From contig JBHHXT010000123.1 in NCBI GenBank assembly GCA_046757165.1, positions 1-13,593 on the forward strand: a stretch of 13,593 nt of DNA. The letters are read 5' to 3'. The notes beneath the pieces are model-generated. The model saw nothing but the letters and a program-made list of their open reading frames with translations, had not been told where the DNA came from and did not search any database. Position 1 is the first letter of the stretch, and the number at the start of each line of letters is the position of its first letter. Made by a program: the position numbers and the translations under genes. This document shows, one piece after another, positions 1-6,430 of this stretch. The DNA comes from a bacterium. GTDB lineage: Bacteria > Zhuqueibacterota > Zhuqueibacteria > Oceanimicrobiales > Oceanimicrobiaceae.

Positions 1-777
1 GATTCCTTCTCCTGACCAAACTTCATGGAGCGCCGACCGAAACAGACGGTTGAGCTTTTCGGTGTCAGGTCTCTGGTTTTGCTTTCCAAAATCCTCATGC
101 TTCAGGCGCTCGAGCTCGTGCTCAATAAACTCGCTGATCACCGGTTGCCGGGGTCCCCATGACAATTCGTTCCCCCGGGTTTTGAGGATGAGCAGTCCGT
201 CGATGGCGGCTCTCAACGGCTTCGACTCGACGACCCGCTCGACTAATTTTGCGAACTCGGTCGGGACCGGACCATACCCCGCTTGAATCCAGCGGCAGGC
301 CAGGATGGGTCTGAGCACGTAGAAGTACTTTTTCACCCACACGGTTTCCTCTTGCAGGTGTTGCCTGAAGTTGCGCTCTGCCATGTGCAGGTAGTGGTAC
401 AAGCAGGAAACCGGGCGATAAAACTCCGGCAGCAGCGCTCGCCACTGTTGCGTGACGCTGAACTTCTCCAGGTAAACGATAGGGGAATGCAACCACTCGA
501 TCAGCGGCGGATTTGACTTGCGGAAGAGTCTCAGCGCCTTTTTCAGATCCCAGCCGGCCAGGTCGATGTTGTCAACGATCGGCCTTTCGATGACGTCGCG
601 TGCCGCGTCGATGGTGAGATACCACGCTACCGGACGCACGTACAGGAACCTGACATCATAATCACTGTCCTGCGATGCAAAGCCCCAGGCGCGGCTTCCC
701 GACTCGCAGGCATAAAAGATGCGCACCTTCTCCCGGGTTTCGATTTCTGCCAGGCGGTGGCTTATGTCGTGTTGCAT
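1..777 (-). CDS. RlaP/YcgL-family predicted nucleotidyltransferase (PF10127-like); 3'-partial, stop codon lies beyond the left edge
   Basis: Hand translation from ATG at 777 is open for 259 codons to position 1: MQHDISHRLAEIETREKVRIFYACESGSRAWGFASQDSDYDVRFLYVRP...DLAGWDLKKALRLFRKSNPPLIEWLHSPIVY...KKYFYVLRPILACRWI...EKLNRLFRSALHEVW. It has the GS...DxD Pol-beta NTase motif plus GWDLxK, SNPxLxEW and KKYxYxLRP family motifs. Confidence 0.92.
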   Translation of the reverse strand, partial: MQHDISHRLAEIETREKVRIFYACESGSRAWGFASQDSDYDVRFLYVRPVAWYLTIDAARDVIERPIVDNIDLAGWDLKKALRLFRKSNPPLIEWLHSPIVYLEKFSVTQQWRALLPEFYRPVSCLYHYLHMAERNFRQHLQEETVWVKKYFYVLRPILACRWIQAGYGPVPTEFAKLVERVVESKPLRAAIDGLLILKTRGNELSWGPRQPVISEFIEHELERLKHEDFGKQNQRPDTEKLNRLFRSALHEVWSGEGI

Positions 778-812
778 GTACGCTAACCGTTGAATTTTAC
801 TGATACCACATG

Positions 813-841
813 ATCATACGGGTAGCTGATGACAAAGTCAA
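813..841 (-). promoter_or_regulatory. Sigma-70-type promoter for the nucleotidyltransferase gene
   Basis: Minus strand TTGACT-17 nt-TATGAT, ending 35 nt upstream of the ATG at 777. Confidence 0.6.
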
Positions 842-1006
842 ACGCTTTGAGTAAGAGGGGAGGGCAGGTCTGGATTATCTAACCGGTGTCAGGTGCTCTA
901 TTCCCTCGTTGCACGGTATGATAAAACACCGATTCTACACGGTCTCTGACCGTGCATTGCAGCGGGATTGGTTCCGCGGCGGGCGCCGGCGCATGGCACG
1001 CGCCCC

Positions 1007-1128
1007 GCCAGGCGATGAATCGCCTGGCTCAGAATGGTAAGCATCATCAATGATGCTTACTCCCCCCAGTACCCGGCAAAGAGGGCGCTTGAGCGTCCTG
1101 CCCAACCTGAGCGGCGGGATTCATCCCG
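1007..1128. repeat. REP/REPIN-like element: two inverted two-hairpin units
   Basis: Plus unit: GCCAGGCGAT-GA-ATCGCCTGGC (1007-1028), TCAGAATG, then GTAAGCATCA-TCAA-TGATGCTTAC (1037-1060). Minus unit: CGGGAT-GA-ATCCCG (1128-1115), CCGCTCAGGTTGGGC, then AGGACGC-TCAA-GCGCCCT (1099-1082). Confidence 0.6.
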
Positions 1129-1738
1129 TGGCCACCAGATAGCCGTTGGTTTCGGCATAGTCGCGCAGAGATTCTGCCAGCATTTTGCGACCGCGATTGA
1201 GTCGGGACATGACGGTACCGATGGGCAGGTGAAGGATTTCCGCGATGTGTTTGTACTTTTGTCTGCTGACATCAGCGAGCACCACCACCAGGCGGTACTT
1301 CTCCGGAAGCAGATCCAGCGCAGTGGTGATGCAATCGTCGAAAATGTCAGCGTAATTCGGGCTGGGCTCTAGCTCGAACTCGCGGTTAGCCGGCAGATAG
1401 TCTAAGCCGTCGGTTTCGGCAGTCATGAACCACTGGCAGGTCGTCTCGAAATCGAGCTGGAGGGGCTGCCGTTTGCGCCGGCGGTACTCGTTGATGTACA
1501 GGTTGGTCAGAATTCTGAAAATCCACGCTTCGAAGTTCGTCCCTTGCTCGAACCAGTGGAAGTAGCGCCAGGCTTTCAGGGTGGCGCTTTGCAGCAGATC
1601 CTCGGCATCGTGCAAGTTCTTGGTCATGCTCAGTGCCGAGCGAAACAACCTGTCCAACAACGGATACGCAAGCTGCTCAAAATCCGTGAGGTCTTTTTCT
1701 TTTCTGGCCCTGAAACCATTTCGCAGCGTTTTGTTCAT
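1121..1738 (-). CDS. ECF sigma-70 factor, SigR/SigH-like
   Basis: Region 2 DAEDLLQ...LKAWRYF..F..GTNFEAWIFRILTNLYINEYRRR; region 4 LPEKYRLVVVL...YKHIAEILHLPIGTVMSRLNRGRKML. GAAGGTG RBS-like sequence upstream. Confidence 0.93.
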   Translation of the reverse strand: MNKTLRNGFRARKEKDLTDFEQLAYPLLDRLFRSALSMTKNLHDAEDLLQSATLKAWRYFHWFEQGTNFEAWIFRILTNLYINEYRRRKRQPLQLDFETTCQWFMTAETDGLDYLPANREFELEPSPNYADIFDDCITTALDLLPEKYRLVVVLADVSRQKYKHIAEILHLPIGTVMSRLNRGRKMLAESLRDYAETNGYLVATG

Positions 1739-1766
1739 GGAGCACCTTCGCTATTTTGTTCAAGCG

Positions 1767-2057
1767 CTATGATCCGAGAATTTGCGCGGAAAGTCCTGAA
1801 GCGCTCAAGCTGTTGCTGAGCATGGTCGGACAGTTCAGCAAGTAAAAGTTGTCCGAAATCTGCTCTGTCAAGTTTTGCACCGCCCTGTTGGTTAGAAAGG
1901 CCAATTCGCATAAATCGACGATGATCTGTTTGGGATGGGAGCGCGTCAAGGTCCTGAGCTCCCGCTTCCAGGCAGGTTCACACGTGTCGGTGACTTTTCC
2001 TTCGATTTTGAAGAGCACGGTGAGATCGTTTTCGAATACTTTGGTGATTCTGAACAT
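1767..2057 (-). CDS. Small STAS-like (anti-sigma antagonist / STAS_2-fold) protein, 96 aa
   Basis: MFRITK...LFKIEGKV...QIIVDLCELAFLT...LLNCPTML..SLSASGL follows the STAS beta/alpha pattern. Start moved to ATG 2057 because the track's 2102 start overlaps the sigma-54 promoter. Confidence 0.72.
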   Translation of the reverse strand: MFRITKVFENDLTVLFKIEGKVTDTCEPAWKRELRTLTRSHPKQIIVDLCELAFLTNRAVQNLTEQISDNFYLLNCPTMLSNSLSASGLSAQILGS

Positions 2058-2085
2058 GGGGTATCTGCTTTCGAGTGAGCCATTC

Positions 2086-2101
2086 TGCCAATTGCGTGCC
2101 A
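2086..2101 (-). promoter_or_regulatory. Sigma-54 (-24/-12) promoter for the STAS-ECF sigma pair
   Basis: Minus strand TGGCACG-CAAT-TGGCA versus consensus TGGCACG-N4-TTGCW: one mismatch and exact GG-N10-GC spacing, 28 nt upstream of the ATG at 2057. Confidence 0.82.
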
Positions 2102-2145
2102 CAATCGCACGCCAGTGCGTTTCTGGCTTGTAATATCAAATTTTA

Positions 2146-2158
2146 CAAATAGTTGAAT
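2146..2158 (-). promoter_or_regulatory. Putative IHF binding site between enhancer and sigma-54 promoter
   Basis: ATTCAACTATTTG versus WATCAANNNNTTR (one mismatch), inside an AT-rich tract at about 2130-2165. Confidence 0.4.
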
Positions 2159-2195
2159 GGTTTATGGAATGTGGGTGGACGTTAACGGATTGCAA

Positions 2196-2242
2196 CAAAA
2201 CTGTTGACATGTCAGCAGTTTGCTGATATGTCAACAGTTTTG
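2196..2242. promoter_or_regulatory. Candidate upstream activator sequence: 22-bp inverted repeat made of two palindromic boxes
   Basis: CAAAACTGTTGACATGTCAGCA-GTT-TGCTGATATGTCAACAGTTTTG with 21/22 complementary positions; about 100-140 bp upstream of the -24 element. Confidence 0.65.
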
Positions 2243-2329
2243 AGGAGGGCCAGCTCGCGTTGGAGATTCGTGAAATTCGAAAACCAGAAATTCGGAACCC
2301 AAAACCCGGGAACCTGCAAAAGGCGGCCC

Positions 2330-4567
2330 CTAAGCTCCCAGGTTCTCGAGCGTTTTGTTGCTGTCGGTCAAGATGCCGAGCCGCCGCATCCTGGACCAGA
2401 GCGTCGAGCGGTTGATGCCCAGCAATTGGGCTGCACCGCGGGGTCCGGCCAGCACACCTCCTGTTTTTTCCAGAGCTTTCAGAATGTGCGCCCGTTCTGC
2501 CTGGTCCAGGGTTGGAAAGCCGTGCTCGTTGGCCATTTCATTCTCCAGGCCGCTGAGGTGCTGAGGCTGCAGCACCCGCGCCTCGCAGAGGATGACCGCG
2601 CGCTCGAGTACGTTTGCGAGCTCCCGGACGTTGCCATGCCAGTGCACTTTGCAGAGCTTGCCGAGCGCCGCCTGGCTAATGCTGACGATGCGTTTGCCCA
2701 TGTTGCGGGAGAATTTGTTGACGAAATAATTGGCCAGCAAGGGGATATCTTCGACGCGCTTGCGCAAAGCTGGCACCTGAATGGGGAAAATATTGAGCCG
2801 GTAGTAGAGATCCGCCCGAAATGCGCCTTGTTTTACGGCCTCTTCCAGGTTACGGTTGGTGGCGGCGATGACGCGGACGTCCACCTTCAGGGTTTCGGTA
2901 CCGCCGACACGCTCAAACTCCTGCTCCTGCAACACGCGCATGAGCTTGATCTGTGCCTCGAGCGGCAGTTCCCCCACTTCATCCAGGAAAATCGTGCCGC
3001 TGTGGGCCAGCTCGAAGCGGCCCTTTTTTCTGGCCTGGGCGCCCGTGAACGCGCCTTTCTCATGCCCAAACAGCTCGCTTTCCACCAGGCCGGAGGGCAG
3101 GGCGCCGCAGTTGACTTTGATCAAAACGCGGTTTTTGCGCGGGCTCAGGTTGTGCACGGCGCGTGCAATCAACTCTTTGCCCGTGCCGGTTTCACCGATG
3201 AGCAAAACCGTGGTGTCGGTCCTGGCGACCATTTCGATGCTCTTGTAGAGCTGCTGCATGGCCTGCGAGGTGCCGATAATTTCGCCGAAATTGAATTCAC
3301 TCTTGATCTCTTCCTGCAAATAGACATTTTGCAGATGCAGCTTGTTGAGCTCCGCTTCGGCCGTTTTGCGTTCGTTGATGTCACGAAGAATAATGGTAAA
3401 GAGTTTCTGGTCCGAGAGGTCCGCTTCAGAAATGGTCGCTTCGACGGGGAACTCCTCGCCATTTGTACGAATGGCGCTCAGACCTTCCGGGGCCCACATG
3501 CTTTGATTTTGTGGCCCGCCCTGGGTGGAAGAACGGACATAGTTTTCCAGCAACTGGCTGAAGTTCGCCGACAGGTATTCCTGGACCGACATGCCGATGG
3601 CTTTGTTGCTCTGGCAACGGAAGACCTTCTCAGCGGCGGCGTTGAACAGAACGATGCTTCCCTTTTCATCGATGGTGATGATGGCGTCCATGGCCGAGGC
3701 CAGAATGGTGGCCAGCCGTTCCTGGCTTTCGCGCAACCGGCGTTCACTTTCGCGTACGGCTTCCAGCGCCCGTTTGCGTTCGGTGACGTCCACCATGAAG
3801 GACTGCGTATAGAGCAGATTGCCCTCGACATCAAACGTGCCGTGGGCATTGAGCAGCACGTCGATCACTTCACCCTCCTTCTTGACCAGTTGCAGCTCCA
3901 GATTTTTGGCCGTGCCCGTCTTCATGAATTTTTGAAAAAAGTGGTAGTCGATGCCATACCTGGCCGAACTCTCGGTCAGGAATTCGGTGACTTTGCGGCC
4001 GACCACCTCGTTTTGGTGATAGCCCAGGACCTCCAACCAGTACCGATTGACACTGATGATATGCGCGTTCTGATCCAGTGAGTGCATCATCACGGGCGTG
4101 TGTTCATAGAGCGTTCGATAGCGCTGCTCACTCTCCTTGAGCGCGTGCTCGGCGCGCTTTCGCTCGCTGACGTCCTGCACAAAGGCGATCAGGACGTCTT
4201 CGCCGTCAGAGCGCATTTTGACGCTGACCACTTCAACCGGGTAGGTTGTGCCATCTTTCTTGCGGTGCATGCCGCGCACCACCTGAGGTGCATGCTCCTG
4301 AATCTCGACGAGCCTGGCAAACCTGTCAGGGTTCATCCCCAGGCTGAAGTCCCACATGTACATGGCCCGCAGCTCGTCACGCGAGTAGCCGAGATTCTCG
4401 CACGCCTTCTGATTGACCGTGAGTATTTTGCCGCTGGTATCCAGCATAAAGAACGCCACCGTCGCCGGTTGGTCGTTTCTCTCGACCGGACCATCCACGT
4501 GGAAGGGCTGGTCTAGGCTTATCTGTTTGGTAGGGTTCATGGAATCGCAGAATAGTTGTGGCGTCAT
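2330..4567 (-). CDS. Sigma-54-dependent enhancer-binding protein with three PAS domains, AAA+ domain and Fis-type HTH (FhlA/HyfR-like C-terminus)
   Basis: Three PAS/PAC repeats ending DVSERK, DVTERK and DINERK; Walker A GETGTGKE; ESELFGHEKGAFTGA; Walker B FLDEVGE; FRADLYYRL; WHGNVREL; HTH GAAQLLGINRSTLWSRM. The start may be ATG 4540. Confidence 0.96.
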   Translation of the reverse strand: MTPQLFCDSMNPTKQISLDQPFHVDGPVERNDQPATVAFFMLDTSGKILTVNQKACENLGYSRDELRAMYMWDFSLGMNPDRFARLVEIQEHAPQVVRGMHRKKDGTTYPVEVVSVKMRSDGEDVLIAFVQDVSERKRAEHALKESEQRYRTLYEHTPVMMHSLDQNAHIISVNRYWLEVLGYHQNEVVGRKVTEFLTESSARYGIDYHFFQKFMKTGTAKNLELQLVKKEGEVIDVLLNAHGTFDVEGNLLYTQSFMVDVTERKRALEAVRESERRLRESQERLATILASAMDAIITIDEKGSIVLFNAAAEKVFRCQSNKAIGMSVQEYLSANFSQLLENYVRSSTQGGPQNQSMWAPEGLSAIRTNGEEFPVEATISEADLSDQKLFTIILRDINERKTAEAELNKLHLQNVYLQEEIKSEFNFGEIIGTSQAMQQLYKSIEMVARTDTTVLLIGETGTGKELIARAVHNLSPRKNRVLIKVNCGALPSGLVESELFGHEKGAFTGAQARKKGRFELAHSGTIFLDEVGELPLEAQIKLMRVLQEQEFERVGGTETLKVDVRVIAATNRNLEEAVKQGAFRADLYYRLNIFPIQVPALRKRVEDIPLLANYFVNKFSRNMGKRIVSISQAALGKLCKVHWHGNVRELANVLERAVILCEARVLQPQHLSGLENEMANEHGFPTLDQAERAHILKALEKTGGVLAGPRGAAQLLGINRSTLWSRMRRLGILTDSNKTLENLGA

Positions 4568-4589
4568 TCAACGCACTCGAGAATGCTCT

Positions 4590-4646
4590 AATGACGCCGA
4601 AGGCAAATGACAAACACTTACGTTGTCATTTCGCTTCGCTGTCATT
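4590..4646. repeat. Imperfect inverted repeat built from AATGAC/GTCATT units (REP-like or terminator-like)
   Basis: AATGACGCCGAAGGCAAATGACAA-ACACTTACG-TTGTCATTTCGCTTCGCTGTCATT. Confidence 0.45.
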
Positions 4647-4702
4647 TGCTTCATCAGTTGATCATTATTGAAGAACTTTCTATCATCTCAGTCTGTCCGG
4701 AT

Positions 4703-5944
4703 CTAAGCCTCTAACGTCGTCCCCTGAACCAACTTCTCATAATAATCGATGCACTGCCGGACATACTGCCGCTTGTGGGCATAATCATCAGGGAAAAAAC
4801 TGCGTTTGAAGCCGTACACGATGACATTCTTCAAGTTCTTCGGTGACAGGTCAAAGTTCTGCAAGGCCAGAATGATTTCGTTGGTGACCGTGGTTTTGCT
4901 CACCGTCCGGTTGTCGGTGCAGATGGTCACGCTCAGCTCATGCTCGATCATTTTCCTGAACGAATGGTCTGTCAGCGATTTCAGCGAAGGATTGGTTTGC
5001 AGATTGCTGGTCAGACAGACTTCGATGGTGACCCGGCGGTCGGCGATGTATTGCGCCAGCTCCCGGACGTACCTTTTTTTGTCCTGAATCCGGTCGTCGC
5101 CGAACTTTGTGGTGTCGAACAAGTAAAATCCGTGCCCGATGCGGTCTGCGTGCAACTCTGTGATCGCCTGAAAAATGGACGGCGGGCCATAAGCTTCGCC
5201 TGCGTGTACGGTTTTTGCCATGAAATTTTCATGGGCAAACTGAAAAGCGCGCCAGTGGTCTTTGGCGGGATTGCCCGCTTCGGCGCCGGCGAGATCAAAG
5301 GCTACAATGGGCAAGCCCAGCTCGTCCCGAATTCTCACCGCTCCTTGCGCCAGCTCCAGCGAGCACAAGCTGAACAGCGTCTTTTTATTCGAATAGGAGT
5401 GCACATCGATGAAATTGGTGTAGTACTCCGAATACGGTCCAAACGACCGCAAGGCACTGGTGATGATGCCATAACAAAACGGGGGTTCTTTGCCAGACTT
5501 GACCGCGGGCTGCTGGTTGAACTCCTTTTGCGCACGCTCCAGCCCATTGTTGACATTCACGATGACGCTCTTCATGTCCATGTCTTTGTTGATATGCAAC
5601 TGGGGCGCAAAGCGCACCTCCATGTAGCGGACTCCCTCAGCCTGATTGTCCAGCGCCATTTCGTAGGCGATACGTTCCAGGTATTCCGGCTTCTGCATCA
5701 CCGAACATGAGTAGCCAAACGTTTTCAAGTACTCCTCGAGGTTGTCGTAGTGGTCCTTGAAAACGAGCTCATTCAAGCCCTCCACCGTGTAACTGGGGAG
5801 CTGAACCTTTTCTTTTTGCGCAATATCTATCAACGTTTCGAGACGGACACAGCCATCCAGATGAACATGGATGTCAGTTTTTGGCATTCTGGTGATCAGG
5901 TCTCTAAGTTCTTCTCGGTACTGAATGGGTTGGTCTGCCGTCAT
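4703..5944 (-). CDS. add: Adenosine deaminase family protein
   Basis: Metal-binding HVHLDG, EVRFAP, FDLAGAE, TVHAGE, RIGHG, EVCLTSN and CTDN motifs; GAGG RBS upstream of ATG 5944. The exact substrate cannot be determined by eye. Confidence 0.9.
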   Translation of the reverse strand: MTADQPIQYREELRDLITRMPKTDIHVHLDGCVRLETLIDIAQKEKVQLPSYTVEGLNELVFKDHYDNLEEYLKTFGYSCSVMQKPEYLERIAYEMALDNQAEGVRYMEVRFAPQLHINKDMDMKSVIVNVNNGLERAQKEFNQQPAVKSGKEPPFCYGIITSALRSFGPYSEYYTNFIDVHSYSNKKTLFSLCSLELAQGAVRIRDELGLPIVAFDLAGAEAGNPAKDHWRAFQFAHENFMAKTVHAGEAYGPPSIFQAITELHADRIGHGFYLFDTTKFGDDRIQDKKRYVRELAQYIADRRVTIEVCLTSNLQTNPSLKSLTDHSFRKMIEHELSVTICTDNRTVSKTTVTNEIILALQNFDLSPKNLKNVIVYGFKRSFFPDDYAHKRQYVRQCIDYYEKLVQGTTLEA

Positions 5945-6088
5945 GTAATCCTCGATTTGATGATATTGGTCTCTGGGTAGAAGTGTTTGAATGAAAACCC
6001 CGTGGTTCGACTCAAAAGCTTGAAGTTTCGTATGATCTTTGATGGATTCTTCCTACAGCCTAAAAGTCTACAGCCTATCTACCTGAAT

Positions 6089-6325
6089 TCAAGAGGTTTG
6101 TAATAAAGAGCGTTCTAGTTCTTGAGGTACCTCCATCAAAACAAAATACTCAGCGGGGTATAAGTAATCCTCGCCACTTTCATCAATCACTCGCAAGTCC
6201 CTGTCCTTTGCTGCGTCCTCATCGGGTAACACACGATAAATCTTATGCAACTCTAACGAGGCCGGAAATGCCAAATTATTGATGCAGACCGCAAATTGCA
6301 ACGTCGTATTTTCATGTTTGTTCAT
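6089..6325 (-). CDS. Small conserved hypothetical protein (78 aa)
   Basis: FAVCINN..FPASLELHKIYRVLPDEDAAK...LRVIDESGEDYLYPAEYF, which I recognise as a widespread uncharacterised small-protein family; visibly lower GC than the neighbours. Confidence 0.8.
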   Translation of the reverse strand: MNKHENTTLQFAVCINNLAFPASLELHKIYRVLPDEDAAKDRDLRVIDESGEDYLYPAEYFVLMEVPQELERSLLQTS

Positions 6326-6329
6326 GAGA

Positions 6330-6398
6330 CTAATCCAAATAGCGTTTACGTTTAAACTCTTTCTTCCCCATGCCGTGTGCCTCGTACCAATATAGCAT
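6330..6398 (-). pseudogene. C-terminal remnant (22 aa) of the conserved upstream partner of the 6089-6325 gene
   Basis: Translates as MLYWYEAHGMGKKEFKRKRYLD*, stopping 4 nt before the next ATG. It matches the (H/Y)WYEAHGxG+KE+K C-terminal motif I recall for the partner family. Confidence 0.65.
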
Positions 6399-6430
6399 AA
6401 ATTTTGATTTGATGCAATTCAAAGATGACT

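Noticed and set aside
50..516. Short ORFs 50-286, 122-496 and 283-516
   Set aside because: Alternative-frame or antisense overlaps of the nucleotidyltransferase CDS at <1-777.
994..1009. TGGCACG-N6-GC sigma-54-like motif on the plus strand
   Set aside because: Lacks the TT before the -12 GC, lies within a GC-rich REP-like hairpin and points antisense into the sigma gene.
2058..2102. N-terminal extension of the STAS ORF from 2102
   Set aside because: Overlaps the sigma-54 promoter; ATG 2057 fits the promoter and the domain boundary.
2204..4081. 625-aa plus-strand ORF, and 4082-4516
   Set aside because: Antisense shadow of the bEBP gene; no recognisable motifs, and its TTG start lies inside the inverted repeat.
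4940..5710. 256-aa plus-strand ORF
   Set aside because: Antisense to the well-supported adenosine deaminase.
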